From: an uncultured Actinomycetes bacterium
GTDB lineage: Bacteria > Actinomycetota > Thermoleophilia > UBA2241
NCBI GenBank assembly: GCA_963755025.1
Contig: CAVWIH010000033.1
Location: 73,472-137,471, forward strand
Length of the DNA stretch: 64,000 nucleotides
Direction: 5' to 3'
This document shows, one piece after another, positions 33,792-45,012 of the stretch. Position 1 is the first letter of the stretch. The number at the start of each line of letters is the position of its first letter. The translations under genes and the position numbers were made by a program. Below the pieces are notes generated by a model, which ran no database searches, had not been told where the DNA came from, and saw only the letters and a program-made list of their open reading frames with translations.

Positions 33792-34778
33792 ATGGACGAA
33801 CTGCCCGACCTCAAACCCGCTTACCTGATCTGCGGCACCGACCAACCCAAGGTGCGGCGCAGCGCGGCGCGCCTGCGCAAGCGCGTCTTCGACCAGACGG
33901 CCAGCGACCTGAACGTCACCCTGTTCGACGCACGCAGCCACACCGTCGCCGACGTGCTGCAGGCCGCCGACACGGCCACCTTCACCTTCGGCACGCGCCT
34001 GCTGCTGGTGAGCGGCGCCGACGCCTGGAAGGCCGCCGACCGCGACCGCGTCGCCGAGTACCTGGCCGACCCCGTGCCCGGCGTCTGCATAGCGCTGGTG
34101 GGCGAGACGTTCCGCAAGACCGAACGCCTCGCCAAGCTCCTCGAAAAGGGCGGCCAGGTGCTGCGCTACGACCTGCCCAAGCGCCAGTCCGACGTGGCCG
34201 AATGGGCGCGGCAGCGCGCTCGCGCGCGCGGCGCGCACCTGGGCCTGCACGAGGCTCGCCACCTGGTCTCCCAGGTGGGCGCCGACCCCGACCTGCTCGA
34301 AAACGAGGTCGCCAAGCTGGCCGCCTATGCGCTGGGCCGGTCGATCACCGCCGACGACATCGACCAGGTGTGTTCGCCCACGCTCGACGCTCGCATCTAC
34401 GAGCTCACCGACGCGGTCGGCAAGCGCGACGCTCCGGCCGCCTTTCGGGTGCTCGAGGGGCTGCTCGCGTCGGGCGGCAAGAGCTCGGGCGAGATCGCGC
34501 GCTCCACGCTGTTCAGCCTGGTGCGCTACATCGGCCAGCTATCGAGTGTGATGGACCTGCCCCACGAGATGCCGTCGGCCGAGGTCGCCGCCACGCTGGG
34601 CATCAAGCCCTACACGGCGCAGAAGCTGCTCGAGCAGCGCGCGCGCTTTGAGCGGCGCACCATCGAGCGCGCCCTGGCGGCGCTGGCCGACGCCCAGGCG
34701 GCGATGGTGGGCGGCAGCGAGCTCGACGCCGAGTTCAGCCTGGAGCTGGCTCTGGGACGAGTGCTGGCGAAGCGCTAG
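33792..34778 (+). CDS. holA: DNA polymerase III delta subunit
   Basis: LKPAYLICG, LLENEVAKL, ITADDI, IYELTDA; comEC-holA-rpsT synteny. Confidence 0.9.
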   Translation: MDELPDLKPAYLICGTDQPKVRRSAARLRKRVFDQTASDLNVTLFDARSHTVADVLQAADTATFTFGTRLLLVSGADAWKAADRDRVAEYLADPVPGVCIALVGETFRKTERLAKLLEKGGQVLRYDLPKRQSDVAEWARQRARARGAHLGLHEARHLVSQVGADPDLLENEVAKLAAYALGRSITADDIDQVCSPTLDARIYELTDAVGKRDAPAAFRVLEGLLASGGKSSGEIARSTLFSLVRYIGQLSSVMDLPHEMPSAEVAATLGIKPYTAQKLLEQRARFERRTIERALAALADAQAAMVGGSELDAEFSLELALGRVLAKR

Positions 34779-34936
34779 CGGCGACCGGCACGTGCCGTTC
34801 GCGTGGTGCGCGAGGCGCTAGCGGCGATCGAGGGACGACGCGTACGCGAAACGCCGGCAAACGACCGGCGCGCGGCGTGGCAGAAGAAGGCCCGCGAGCG
34901 TGCCTGCGGGCCGGGGGGAGTGCGTAGGAGCCGCCG

Positions 34937-35203
34937 TCAGGCGGTGTGGCCGGCGACCATGCGCGCGACGCGGCTCTGCTTGCGAGCTGCGTTGTTGGCA
35001 TGGATGACGCCCTTGGCGGCAGCCTTGTCGATGCTCGAGGCGAGCTGCGTGGCGACTGCTGCCGTGGCCGCTTTGTCGTCGGCGGCGAGGCTGGCTTCGA
35101 GCTTGTGGAACAGAGTGCGTATGCTCGACTTGACCTGCCGGTTACGCAACCGCTGCTGGGCGGCCAGGCGCATGCGCTTCTTCTGCTGCTTGATCTGGGG
35201 CAC
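34937..35203 (-). CDS. rpsT: 30S ribosomal protein S20
   Basis: PQIKQQKKR...RN...KS, IDKAAAKGVIHANNAARKQSR. Confidence 0.96.
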   Translation of the reverse strand: MPQIKQQKKRMRLAAQQRLRNRQVKSSIRTLFHKLEASLAADDKAATAAVATQLASSIDKAAAKGVIHANNAARKQSRVARMVAGHTA

Positions 35204-35532
35204 GTCGATCCTTCGTGGTCGAGGCTTTCAGCTGCTCGCTTCATGCGAGCCGAGCGTGTGATGCTAGCACAGCCGCCGCGAGCCGGGCAAGTTCCGCGGT
35301 CTGTTACACTGAATCGCTGTTTTGCCCGCCGGGCGGCGCCTTCATGCCTGCCGCGTGACGGCGCCCGCTAACCTCGTGCGCGACGCGCGACCGAAAGGCA
35401 CGGCCGCCCTTCCGACGAACTAGTGGAGCGTCACGACGTCGCCACGACGTGCGACCGGCGCGTCGCGACCTCGTCATGGCCGGCGCCGCCGGCCGCGGCG
35501 CATACGGACATCGATCGAAAAGTGCAGGCTGC

Positions 35533-37134
35533 GTGACTGAACGACAGAAGAAGCTCGCCTGGGCGGCCGTGGTGGTGGCCCTGGCGACCGGCATCTCGAG
35601 GGTGGTCGGGGTCGCTCGCGAGATCCTCACGGCGAACGCCTTCGGCGTGAGCGTGCAGCTGAACACCTTCGCGTCGGTCGCCGTCATCCCCAACCTTATC
35701 CGCCAGCTCGTCGCCGACGCCGCCGTGAGCGCCGCCTTCGTACCGGTCTTCACCGGCCTCTTCGCGAAGGGCGAGCGCGAACGCGCCTACAAGCTGGCTT
35801 CGTCGCTGCTCAGCTTCATGGTCGTCGTCGTCGGCACGGTGACGCTGGTGCTCATGCTGGGCGCGCCGCTGCTCGTGAAGATCTTCTTCCCGCAGTTCGC
35901 CGGTCAGCCCTACATCAGCCACCTCGCCGTCGACATGCTGCGCATCCTGCTGCCCACCGTGCTGCTGTTCAGCGTCTCGGGTGTGGTGATCGGCGTGCTC
36001 TACTCGTACGAGCGCTTCACCATGCCGGCGGTCGTGTCGATCGTCTGGAACCTCGTCATCATCGCCTTCATCGTGTTCTTCTCGGCGCCCGGCAGGCTGG
36101 GCATCTACGCCCTGGTCTGGGGCACCTTCTTCGGCACCGTCGCCCAGCTCCTGCTGCTCATACCGTCGCTGCGGCGCGTCGACCTCAAGTGGCGCGTGAG
36201 CTTTGCCTGGCGCGACCCGCTGCTGCGCCGCGTGCTGCTGCTCATGGTGCCGGTCACGATCACCCTCGGCATCCTCAACTTCAACGCCCTCATCGACTTC
36301 TTCTTCGCGCAGTTCGTGAGCGACCACGCCGCCGCCCAGATCAACTACGCCTTCCGCCTCTACCAGCTGCCGCAGGGCATGTTCGCCATCACCATCGGCA
36401 CCGTGCTGTTCCCGACCCTGTCGCGCTACGCCGCCGACAACGACATGGACAGCTTTCGCGAGACCCTGTCGATGGGCGTGCGGCAGATCTTCTTCGTCTC
36501 GCTGCCGTTCGTGGCCTGGTTCGTGGTGGTGCCGCACTCGATCGTGCAGCTCATCTACCAGCACGGCCAGTTCGTGCCCGCCGACACCGCGGCGGTGGCG
36601 CCCATCCTCGCCTTCTTCACGCTCGGCATGGCCTTCGCCAACGTGAACGTCATGTTCAACCGCGGCTTTCAGAGCATGCAGCGCCCCTGGCTGCCGCTCT
36701 ACGTGGGCATCGTCAACCTCGTCTTGAACGCCCTGCTCGACTGGGTGCTCTACAAGCCGCTCGGCGCGCGCGGCATCGTGCTCTCCACCTCGATCGTGTC
36801 GGCCTTCAACTTCGTCGCGCTGCTCGTGCTCATGCGTCGCCAGATCGACTCGGTCGACGGGCGCCGCATACTCGTGAGCCTGGGGAAGATACTGACCTGC
36901 TCGGCGGCGCTCGCGGCGGTGAGCTGGGGCCTGTGGCACGGGCTGCGCTCCTTTGCCGACAGCGGACTCGTGCCGCTGATCCTCGTGGTGGGCGCTGTGT
37001 TCGGCGCCGGCGGCCTCGTCTACCTGGGGGCGGCCAAGCTGCTGCGGGTCGAGGAGCTGTCGGTCGTCAACCTGCTGATGCGGCGCGGGCGCAAACGCGT
37101 AGTGCCGCCGGCCGAGACCGAGCAGGTGCCGTGA
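35533..37134 (+). CDS. murJ: Lipid II flippase MurJ
   Basis: ISRVVGVARE, IPNLIRQL, SAAFVPVF, RLYQLPQG; 13-14 TM. Confidence 0.93.
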   Translation: MTERQKKLAWAAVVVALATGISRVVGVAREILTANAFGVSVQLNTFASVAVIPNLIRQLVADAAVSAAFVPVFTGLFAKGERERAYKLASSLLSFMVVVVGTVTLVLMLGAPLLVKIFFPQFAGQPYISHLAVDMLRILLPTVLLFSVSGVVIGVLYSYERFTMPAVVSIVWNLVIIAFIVFFSAPGRLGIYALVWGTFFGTVAQLLLLIPSLRRVDLKWRVSFAWRDPLLRRVLLLMVPVTITLGILNFNALIDFFFAQFVSDHAAAQINYAFRLYQLPQGMFAITIGTVLFPTLSRYAADNDMDSFRETLSMGVRQIFFVSLPFVAWFVVVPHSIVQLIYQHGQFVPADTAAVAPILAFFTLGMAFANVNVMFNRGFQSMQRPWLPLYVGIVNLVLNALLDWVLYKPLGARGIVLSTSIVSAFNFVALLVLMRRQIDSVDGRRILVSLGKILTCSAALAAVSWGLWHGLRSFADSGLVPLILVVGAVFGAGGLVYLGAAKLLRVEELSVVNLLMRRGRKRVVPPAETEQVP

Positions 37135-37265
37135 GCGGCGCCCCCGGCCAGGCAGGCCACGCCGCGGCGGCCGGCGCCGTGAGCGGCGCTCCCGGCTACC
37201 GGGGCCGCGCCGCGGCAGCCGCCGCCGTGAGCTTGGGACTCGGCCACCAAGGCCGCGCCGCGAGA
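37128..37265 (+). repeat. About three 48-bp tandem units starting at the murJ stop
   Basis: gccgtgagc recurs at 37128, 37176 and 37224. Confidence 0.8.
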
Positions 37266-37305
37266 ACGGGCGTCGACCCTGACCTTCCGCTAGTGTAAGG
37301 CTGCA

Positions 37306-39123
37306 ATGGACCTCGACCACATCCGCAACTTCTCGATCATCGCCCACATCGACCACGGCAAGTCGACGCTGGCCGACCGCATCCTCGAGCTCACCGGCAC
37401 CGTGACGGCGCGCGACATGAAAGAGCAGCTCCTCGACTCCATGGACCTCGAGCGCGAGCGCGGCATCACGATCAAGGCGCAGGCCGTGCGCATCGACTAC
37501 CAGGCGCGCGACGGGCAGACCTACCAGCTCAACCTGATCGACACCCCCGGCCACGTCGACTTCACCTACGAGGTCTCGCGCTCGCTGGCCGCCTGCGAGA
37601 GCGCCGTGCTCGTGGTCGACACCACCCAGGGCGTCGAGGCGCAGACCGTGGCCAACGCCTACCTTGCCATCGACAACGACCTCGAGATCATCCCCGTGCT
37701 CAACAAGATCGACCTGCCCGCCTCAGACGTGGCCGAGACCGAGCTCGAGGTCCACGAGCTCACCGGCGCCACCCACGACGAGCTGCTCACCATCTCGGCC
37801 AAGACCGGCGTCGGCGTCGAAGAGGTGCTCGAGGCCGTGGTGGCGCGCACGCCGCGCCCCGGCGGCGACCCCGACGCGCCCTCGCGGGCGCTGGTGTTCG
37901 ACTCGCAATACGACCAGTACCGCGGCGTGGTCGCCTACGTGCGCGTGGTCGACGGCTCGTTCGCGCGTCGCGAGATGGTGCAGATGATGGGCACCGGCCA
38001 GAAGGTCGAGGTCGAGGAGCTCGGCTACTTCGGCCCCGAGATGGTGGCCATGCCGCGCCTCGAGACCGGCGAGGTCGGCTACATCATCACGGGCGTCAAA
38101 GAGGTCGCCCAGGTGCGCGTGGGCGACACCATCACGGCCCTCAAGCGCCCCGCCGAGCACGCCCTGCCCGGCTACAAGGTCGTGCACCCCATGGTCTTCT
38201 GCGGCTTATTCCCGACCGAGGGCGACAAGTTCGGCGAGCTGCGCGACGCCCTCGAGAAGCTCACCCTGAACGACGCCGCCCTGTCGTGGGAGCCCGAGAC
38301 CAGCCAGGCCCTGGGCTTCGGATTCCGCTGCGGCTTTCTGGGTCTGCTCCACATGGACATCGTGCGCGAGCGCCTGGAGCGCGAGTACGACCTCGAGCTG
38401 ATCACCACCACGCCCAACGTCGAGTACCACGTCTATCAGACCGACGGGTCCATGGTGCCGGTGCGCAACCCCGCCGACATGCCCGACGTGCAGCGCATCG
38501 ACCACGTCGAGGAGCCCTACGTGGCGGCCTCGGTCATCTTGCCCGCCGAGTTCGTGGGCACCGTCATGGAGCTCTGCCAGGGGCGGCGCTCCGACTTCGT
38601 CGACATGAAGTACCTCTCGCCCGAGCGCGTCGAGATGCACTACCAGCTGCCGCTCGGCGAGATCGTCATCGACTTCTTCGACCAGTTGAAGAGCCGCACG
38701 CGCGGCTACGCCTCGCTCGACTACGAGTTCTCGGCCTACCGCAACGGCGACCTCGTGAAGCTCGACATCCTGCTGGCCGGCGAGCCGGTCGACGCCCTCT
38801 CGCTGATCGTGCCGCGCGAGCGCGCGGCGGTGCGCGGCCGGGCGCTGGTCGAGAAGCTGCGCCAGAAGATCCCACGGCAGATGTTCGAGGTCGCCATCCA
38901 GGCGGCCATCGGCGCCCGGGTCGTGGCTCGCGAGACCGTCAAGGCGCACCGCAAAGACGTGATCGCCAAGTGCTACGGCGGCGACATCAGCCGCAAGCGC
39001 AAGCTCCTCGAAAAGCAGAAAGAGGGCAAGAAGCGCATGAAGCAGATCGGCGTCATCGAGGTGCCCCAAGACGCCTTCTTGGCCGTGCTCGAGCTCGACT
39101 CCGAGGGCAAGGACAAGGGATGA
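37306..39123 (+). CDS. lepA: Elongation factor 4 LepA
   Basis: [45 protein letters not shown]. Confidence 0.99.
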   Translation: MDLDHIRNFSIIAHIDHGKSTLADRILELTGTVTARDMKEQLLDSMDLERERGITIKAQAVRIDYQARDGQTYQLNLIDTPGHVDFTYEVSRSLAACESAVLVVDTTQGVEAQTVANAYLAIDNDLEIIPVLNKIDLPASDVAETELEVHELTGATHDELLTISAKTGVGVEEVLEAVVARTPRPGGDPDAPSRALVFDSQYDQYRGVVAYVRVVDGSFARREMVQMMGTGQKVEVEELGYFGPEMVAMPRLETGEVGYIITGVKEVAQVRVGDTITALKRPAEHALPGYKVVHPMVFCGLFPTEGDKFGELRDALEKLTLNDAALSWEPETSQALGFGFRCGFLGLLHMDIVRERLEREYDLELITTTPNVEYHVYQTDGSMVPVRNPADMPDVQRIDHVEEPYVAASVILPAEFVGTVMELCQGRRSDFVDMKYLSPERVEMHYQLPLGEIVIDFFDQLKSRTRGYASLDYEFSAYRNGDLVKLDILLAGEPVDALSLIVPRERAAVRGRALVEKLRQKIPRQMFEVAIQAAIGARVVARETVKAHRKDVIAKCYGGDISRKRKLLEKQKEGKKRMKQIGVIEVPQDAFLAVLELDSEGKDKG

Positions 39124-40574
39124 ACGTGGCGGCCGGCGCGGGGCGGGGGCGGCGGGACGCCGCCCCCGCCCCGCGCCACCTCTACGTGCACGTGCCGTTC
39201 TGCGCCGTGCGCTGCGACTACTGCGAGTTCTACTCGGTGCCGCTCGGCGCCGCCGGCGAGCGCCCCACGCCGCCCGTGCCGCTCGCGCCCTCGGCCGTCG
39301 AGCCACGCCCGGCGCCCGGCGCCGCCCCGGCGTCCGCTTCGCCGCCGCCCTCCGCCGACGACCGCGAGGCGCTGCTCGACCGCTTCGTGGCGGCCCTCGC
39401 CGCCGAGTGGGAACACGAGCGCGCCGCCCTGGGCATCGAACGCCTCGAGAGCGTCTTCGTGGGCGGCGGCACGCCGTCGCTGCTGGGCTGGGAGCGGCTC
39501 GAGCGGCTCCTCGAGCCGCTCGAGCCGCTCCTCACGCCGCGCGCCGAGATCACCCTCGAGACCAACCCCGGCGACGTGAGCGACACCTTCGCCGCCTGGG
39601 CGGCCGAGCGGCGCCTGCGTGTCTCGCTCGGCGTGCAGAGCTTCGACGCCCGCCGGCGGGCCGCGCTCGGGCGACACGCCTCCGCCGATCCCGAGACGGC
39701 CTTCGCCACCCTGCGGCGCGCCGGCGTCGGTGCAGCCGTGGCGTCGGTGCCCGCCGCCGGCGCCCGGGGCGGCGCCAGGCGGCGCTCCAGCGCCGCCGCG
39801 CGCCGCCCGGGGGCGCCCGGCCTGGGCATCGACCTCATCTTCGGCCTGCCGGGGCAGCGCCTGAGCGACCTCGACGCCGAGCTCGCCGTCGTGGCCCGCC
39901 TGCGACCCGACCACGTCTCGTGGTACGAGCTCGGCATCGTGGCGGGCAGCGCCCTCGCCGCGCGCGTCATGCCGGGCGGGCCGGCCGCCGAAGCGTCGCA
40001 GGGCGGGGCGCCCGCTCACGGCGCGCCGGGCGCCGCGTCGCCGGTCGCGAGGCGTGCCGCCGCCGAGCTGCCCGACGACGACACGGTGGCCGAGATGTTC
40101 CGGCGCATCGTGACGGGCCTGGGCAGGCTCGGCTACGAGTGGTACGAGGTGAGCAACTTCGCCCAGCCCGGGCACCGCTGCTGCCACAACAGCGCGGTCT
40201 GGCGCGGGCACGACTACCTGGGCATCGGGCCCGGGGCGGTGGGCACCGTGGCCGGCCTGCGGCGCCGCGACGTGCCCGACGTCGCGGCCTGGCTCGGGGC
40301 GCTCGAAGGCGGCGTCGAGCCCGCCCGCGAGCGCGAGCTCTTAGACGGCGCGACGCGCGCTCGCGAGCGCCTTCTGCTGGCCGCGCGCACGGGCGAACGC
40401 GTGCCTCTGGCCGACCTCGCCGGCGTCATCGACGAGGGCGCCCTGCCGGCGCTCGCCGGAGCTGGATTGGTCTCGCTCACAGGTGGTACACTCCGGGTGA
40501 CGCGAAAGGGGCGGTACGTGGCCAACGGGGTCTGCGTGCGCCTGTTTCGCGATTCTTCGTTTCTGGAGGCATGA
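39120..40574 (+). CDS. hemW: Radical SAM heme chaperone HemW
   Basis: [51 protein letters not shown]. Confidence 0.9.
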   Translation: MNVAAGAGRGRRDAAPAPRHLYVHVPFCAVRCDYCEFYSVPLGAAGERPTPPVPLAPSAVEPRPAPGAAPASASPPPSADDREALLDRFVAALAAEWEHERAALGIERLESVFVGGGTPSLLGWERLERLLEPLEPLLTPRAEITLETNPGDVSDTFAAWAAERRLRVSLGVQSFDARRRAALGRHASADPETAFATLRRAGVGAAVASVPAAGARGGARRRSSAAARRPGAPGLGIDLIFGLPGQRLSDLDAELAVVARLRPDHVSWYELGIVAGSALAARVMPGGPAAEASQGGAPAHGAPGAASPVARRAAAELPDDDTVAEMFRRIVTGLGRLGYEWYEVSNFAQPGHRCCHNSAVWRGHDYLGIGPGAVGTVAGLRRRDVPDVAAWLGALEGGVEPARERELLDGATRARERLLLAARTGERVPLADLAGVIDEGALPALAGAGLVSLTGGTLRVTRKGRYVANGVCVRLFRDSSFLEA

Positions 40575-41591
40575 GTGGCTCTGACGCCCAGACAGGAGCT
40601 GGTCCTGGGAGCGGTGGTCGAGGAGTTCATCGCCTCGGGCTCGCCGATCGGGTCTAAGCTCCTGTTCGAGTCGCATACGTTCGGCATCGCGTCCTCGACC
40701 ATCCGCAACGACCTCGCGGCCCTCGAGGACCTCGGCCTGCTCGATCACCCGCACACCTCGGCGGGCCGCGTGCCCACCGACACCGGCTACCGCTACTACG
40801 TCGACACCATCGTCAAGGAGCATCACGACCCCTCCGCGCTGCCGCTCGACCCCGCGGCCGCGCGCAGCGAGATCGACGACGCCCTCGAAGAGACCGCCGA
40901 GGCGCTCTCGCGGGCGACCGAGCTGCTGGCCATTGTGTCGGCGCCGTCGCTCGCCACCACCGCCATCCGCCACATCGAGGTGCTCTCGCTGCAGCCGCAC
41001 GTGGTCATGGTCGTCGTCATCACCACCACGGGCAGCGTGACCAAGCGCGTCTTTCGCGTGGAGCGCCCCATCGACGAAGGGCTCGCCGACTTCGCCCGCG
41101 TCTACCTGAACGAGCGCCTCACCGGCAAACAGATCGGCACGCGGGCCATCGACTCGGCCTTCATGAGCAGCGAGCTGGGCCCCAAAGAACGCGCCTTTCT
41201 GAGCGCCCTGCGGCCCGCCTTCGAGATCGTCGTCGACAACGACCCCGGCGGCCTGCACCTGGGCGGCACGGCGCGCCTGATCGAGCGCCTGAGCCAGCAG
41301 GGCGCCAGCCACCTGAACGACATCGTCGCCCTGCTCGAAGAACGCTACAACCTGCTGCGCCTGCTGGCCGAGGCCCTGCACGGCCCCGACCTGTACCTGC
41401 GCATCGGCCGCGAGCTGGGCGATCCGTCGCTGCAGGCCTGCTCGCTCGTGGCCGCCACCTATGGAGTGGCCAACCGCAATCTCGGCACCGTGAGCGTCCT
41501 GGGCCCGACACGCATGGACTATCACACCGCCATCTCCGCCGTACGCGGCGCCGCGGCCACGCTCAGCTCACTGCTCGAGGAGACCTGGTAG
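40575..41591 (+). CDS. hrcA: Heat-inducible repressor HrcA
   Basis: SSTIRNDL, HTSAGRVPTDTGYRYYVD, LGPTRMDY. Confidence 0.97.
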   Translation: MALTPRQELVLGAVVEEFIASGSPIGSKLLFESHTFGIASSTIRNDLAALEDLGLLDHPHTSAGRVPTDTGYRYYVDTIVKEHHDPSALPLDPAAARSEIDDALEETAEALSRATELLAIVSAPSLATTAIRHIEVLSLQPHVVMVVVITTTGSVTKRVFRVERPIDEGLADFARVYLNERLTGKQIGTRAIDSAFMSSELGPKERAFLSALRPAFEIVVDNDPGGLHLGGTARLIERLSQQGASHLNDIVALLEERYNLLRLLAEALHGPDLYLRIGRELGDPSLQACSLVAATYGVANRNLGTVSVLGPTRMDYHTAISAVRGAAATLSSLLEETW

Positions 41592-42731
41592 ATGAAGCGC
41601 GATTACTACGATGTGCTGGGCGTCGAGCGCGACGCCGGCGAGGCCGAGATCAAGAAGTCGTTCCGCAAGCTGGCACGGCAGTTCCACCCCGACGTGAACC
41701 CCGACGACCCCGAAGCCGAGGCCAACTTCAAGGAGCTCGCCGAAGCCTATGAGGTGCTCTCCGACGACCAGACGCGGGCGGCCTACGACCGCTACGGGTT
41801 CGACGGCCTCAAGGGCCAGGGCATGCCCGACTTCTCGCAGTTCGGCTTCTCCGACCTGTTCGACGTGTTCTTCGGCGGCGACCCGTTCGGCGCGGTGCGC
41901 GGCGGCGGCAGCGGGCCGTTCGGCGCGGCGGCCGGCGCACCGCGGGGCGACGACGTCGAGGTCCAGGTCGACCTCGACCTGGTCGAGGCGGTCTTCGGCG
42001 TGTCGCGCGACGTCGAGGTGCGCGCCGACGTGGCCTGCGACACCTGCGAGGGCAGCGGCGCCAAGCCCGGCACGGGCCGTGAGAGCTGCCCGCAATGTGG
42101 CGGCACCGGCCGCACGCGCGAGGTCAGCTCGCTGGGCGGTTTCGGCCAGTTCGTGCGCACCAGCACCTGCAGCCTCTGCCGCGGGCAGGGCTCCATAGTG
42201 CGCGAGCCCTGCGAGAAGTGCCGCGGCACGGGGCGGCGGCGCGCGACGCGCACCGTCACGGTCGAGGTGCCGGCCGGCATCGACGACGGCCAGCGTCTGC
42301 GGCTCACGGGCCGCGGCGGAGCCGGCGGCCCCGGCGCGCGACCCGGCGACCTCTACGTGCTGGCGCGCGTGCGCCCCGACCAGCGCTTCGCGCGCGACGG
42401 CAACGACCTGGTCTACCGGCTCGACCTCACCATGGTCGACGCGGCGCTGGGCATGAAGGCCGTCGTGCCGGCGCTCGACGGCGACATCGAGCTCAAGCTG
42501 GCGCCCGGCAGCCAGCCCGGCGACGTCAAGGTCTTTCGTAACCGCGGCGTGCCGGTGCTGCAGGGCTACGGCCGCGGCGACCTGCGGGTCGTGCTGAACG
42601 TCACCGTGCCGCGCCACCTGGGCGACGAGCAGCGCGAGCTCCTGCAGCGCTTCGAGGAGCTCTCGACCGACAAGAACTACCAGCCCGACGAGGGCTTTCT
42701 CGACAAGCTGCGCGCCGCCTTTCGCCAGTGA
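41592..42731 (+). CDS. dnaJ: Chaperone DnaJ
   Basis: HPD J-domain, four CxxCxGxG repeats. Confidence 0.98.
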   Translation: MKRDYYDVLGVERDAGEAEIKKSFRKLARQFHPDVNPDDPEAEANFKELAEAYEVLSDDQTRAAYDRYGFDGLKGQGMPDFSQFGFSDLFDVFFGGDPFGAVRGGGSGPFGAAAGAPRGDDVEVQVDLDLVEAVFGVSRDVEVRADVACDTCEGSGAKPGTGRESCPQCGGTGRTREVSSLGGFGQFVRTSTCSLCRGQGSIVREPCEKCRGTGRRRATRTVTVEVPAGIDDGQRLRLTGRGGAGGPGARPGDLYVLARVRPDQRFARDGNDLVYRLDLTMVDAALGMKAVVPALDGDIELKLAPGSQPGDVKVFRNRGVPVLQGYGRGDLRVVLNVTVPRHLGDEQRELLQRFEELSTDKNYQPDEGFLDKLRAAFRQ

Positions 42732-43681
42732 GCGCCACCAGCTTCAAGCGCTGCACGCTCGAGATCGCCGCCGACCGCTACGACGAAGCGGTCGCGGCGC
42801 TGCTCGACATGGGCGTGGTGGGCTGGCAGGAGCACCTGCCCACCGTCACCTTCTGGCTCTCCGACGACACCTACGCCGTCGCCCAGCGCGACGGCGCGCT
42901 CGCCCGCCTGCGCGGCCTGGGCCGCGTCTTCGTCGAGACCGAGGTCGGCGGCTGGGAGCAGCAGTGGCGCACCTTTCACCACCCGGTCACCGCCGGCGGC
43001 GTCACGGTGCGCCCGCCGTGGTCGGCGCCCACGCCCGGCACGCTCGACGTCATCATCGACGTGGGCATGGCCTTCGGCACGGGCTCGCACGCCACGACCC
43101 GGCAGTGCCTGACCGAGCTCGCCGAGCTCGAGCCCGGCTCGCTGCTCGACGCCGGCACCGGCACCGGGGTGCTCGCTCTGGCGGCCATGCGGCTCGGCTT
43201 CGCCCCTGTCTACGCCTTCGACAACGACCCCGAGGCGCTCGTCATCGCCGAAGAGAACGCGCGCCGCAACGGCCTGCGGCCGCTGCTGTTCGGCGCCGAC
43301 GTGACCGACGCCACGCTCGAGCTGCCCCACGCCGACACCGTGGTCGCCAACATCACCTTAAAGCCGCTCGTCGCGTTGGGCGCGCGCTACTCGGAGGCCT
43401 TGGCCGCCGGGCGCGAGCACCCGCGCACGATCGTGCTGGCCGGCCTGCTCGAAGAGCAGCTCGCGCCGGCCGCGGCGGCCTTCGTCGGCTACCGGCAGCT
43501 GCGCACGGCCTCCGAGGGCGAGTGGCACTGCGTGGTGCTCGAAGCGGCCGCCGTGGCCGCCGACACGTCCGCCCAGACCGCCGTACCGGCGCCCGACGCG
43601 ACGGCCGCGGCGACTCCCACGACCGCGCCCCCGAGCGCGCCGGAGGCAACGCCCGAGAGCCCCCTCGCGCCGGGGTCGTGA
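42728..43681 (+). CDS. prmA: Ribosomal protein L11 methyltransferase
   Basis: GMAFGTGSHATT, LDAGTGTGVL, VANI. Confidence 0.93.
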   Translation: MSATSFKRCTLEIAADRYDEAVAALLDMGVVGWQEHLPTVTFWLSDDTYAVAQRDGALARLRGLGRVFVETEVGGWEQQWRTFHHPVTAGGVTVRPPWSAPTPGTLDVIIDVGMAFGTGSHATTRQCLTELAELEPGSLLDAGTGTGVLALAAMRLGFAPVYAFDNDPEALVIAEENARRNGLRPLLFGADVTDATLELPHADTVVANITLKPLVALGARYSEALAAGREHPRTIVLAGLLEEQLAPAAAAFVGYRQLRTASEGEWHCVVLEAAAVAADTSAQTAVPAPDATAAATPTTAPPSAPEATPESPLAPGS

Positions 43682-45012
43682 CGCACGCCGCACAGCCTGA
43701 CCCCGGCGACCCCGGGCGCCCAGGCGAAGGCGGCGCCGCCGCGCCGCTGCGCGTCCACGCCGCCTTTGCCGGCTGCAAGGTCAGCCAGGCCGACAGCGAA
43801 GCCGTGCTGGCGCGACTCGCGGCGTGGGGTTGTCGCGCCGTCGCCGACCCCGCCCAGGCCGATGTTCTGCTGCTCATGACCTGCGGCGTCACCGGCGAAG
43901 CCGAGCGCTCGTCGCGCCAGCTCGCGCGACGGCTGGCCGGTCACGGCCGGCCGGTGGTGGTGGCCGGCTGCGCCGCCGCACTGCGCCCCCAGCAGTTCGC
44001 CGGCCCGGGTATCGCCGTGGCGCCGCCCGGCGGCGGCCTCGCGGCCTGCGCCGACGCGGTCGCCCTGCAGATGCTCGACCTGGCGGGCGTGGCGCCGGCG
44101 GCGCCCGGCGCGGCGCAAGCGGCGCAAACGGCGCCCCGCGCCGGCGGTCGCACGCGTTTCACGCTCAAGGTGCAGGACGGCTGCGCCCAGCGCTGCTCGT
44201 ACTGTGCCGTGCGCCTGGCCCGCGGGGCGCCCTGGAGCCTGGCCGCCGACGAGGCCGTGACCCAGGCGCGCGCCGCCCTCGCCGCCGGCTGCGGCGAGAT
44301 CGTGCTGTCGGGCATCGACGTCGGCGCCTACCGCGACGCAGACGGCGCCGACCTGGCCGCCCTCGTGCGCCGTCTGGTGGCGCTGCCCGGACTCGCCCGC
44401 CTGCGCCTCTCGTCGATCGAGCCCGGGCACCTGACCGCCGACCTGCTCGAGGCGCTCGGCCACCCGCTCGTGGCGCGCCACCTGCACGTGCCCTTGCAGT
44501 CGGCCGACGACGGCGTGCTCGCCGCCATGCGGCGGCCCTACACCTGGGGTGAGTACCGCGCGGTCGCCGACGCCGCCCGCCGCCACCTGCCCGGCCTCGC
44601 CCTGTCGACCGACCTGATCGTCGGCTTCCCCGGCGAAGACGACGACGCCTTCGCGCGCTCGCTGGCCGCCCTCACGCCCGACGGCGGCCTGTTCGAGCGC
44701 GTCCACGTGTTCCCCTACTCGCGGCGCTCCGGCACCGAAGCGGCCGCACTCCAACCGCTGCCGGCCGCCGTGATCAAGGCGCGGGCCGGCCTCGCGCGGG
44801 CGGCGGCGGCGGCGGCGCGCAGCGCCGCCGCCGCCGCCGCCCTGGGCGCTCCCGCCCAGGTGCTGGTCGAAGAGGAGCGCGACGGCGTCTGGAGGGGGTA
44901 CAGTTCGACCTACGTGCGCTACTACCTGAGGGGCGACGCCGGCCGCGGCCGCATGGTCGACGCGGTCGCCGAGAGCCTGTACCGCGACGGTGTGAGGGGG
45001 CGGATCGTATGA
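43678..45012 (+). CDS. mtaB: Methylthiotransferase MtaB
   Basis: GCKVS, TCGVT, KVQDGCAQRCSYC, RLRLSSIEP, DLIVGFPGE, HVFPYS. Confidence 0.88.
   Translation: MTHAAQPDPGDPGRPGEGGAAAPLRVHAAFAGCKVSQADSEAVLARLAAWGCRAVADPAQADVLLLMTCGVTGEAERSSRQLARRLAGHGRPVVVAGCAAALRPQQFAGPGIAVAPPGGGLAACADAVALQMLDLAGVAPAAPGAAQAAQTAPRAGGRTRFTLKVQDGCAQRCSYCAVRLARGAPWSLAADEAVTQARAALAAGCGEIVLSGIDVGAYRDADGADLAALVRRLVALPGLARLRLSSIEPGHLTADLLEALGHPLVARHLHVPLQSADDGVLAAMRRPYTWGEYRAVADAARRHLPGLALSTDLIVGFPGEDDDAFARSLAALTPDGGLFERVHVFPYSRRSGTEAAALQPLPAAVIKARAGLARAAAAAARSAAAAAALGAPAQVLVEEERDGVWRGYSSTYVRYYLRGDAGRGRMVDAVAESLYRDGVRGRIV

Noticed and set aside
30935-34651. 1238-aa ComEC with a novel C-terminal domain
   Set aside because: After about 33310 the track reads off-frame through holA. 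The real end (NKFGHP...) is in another frame.
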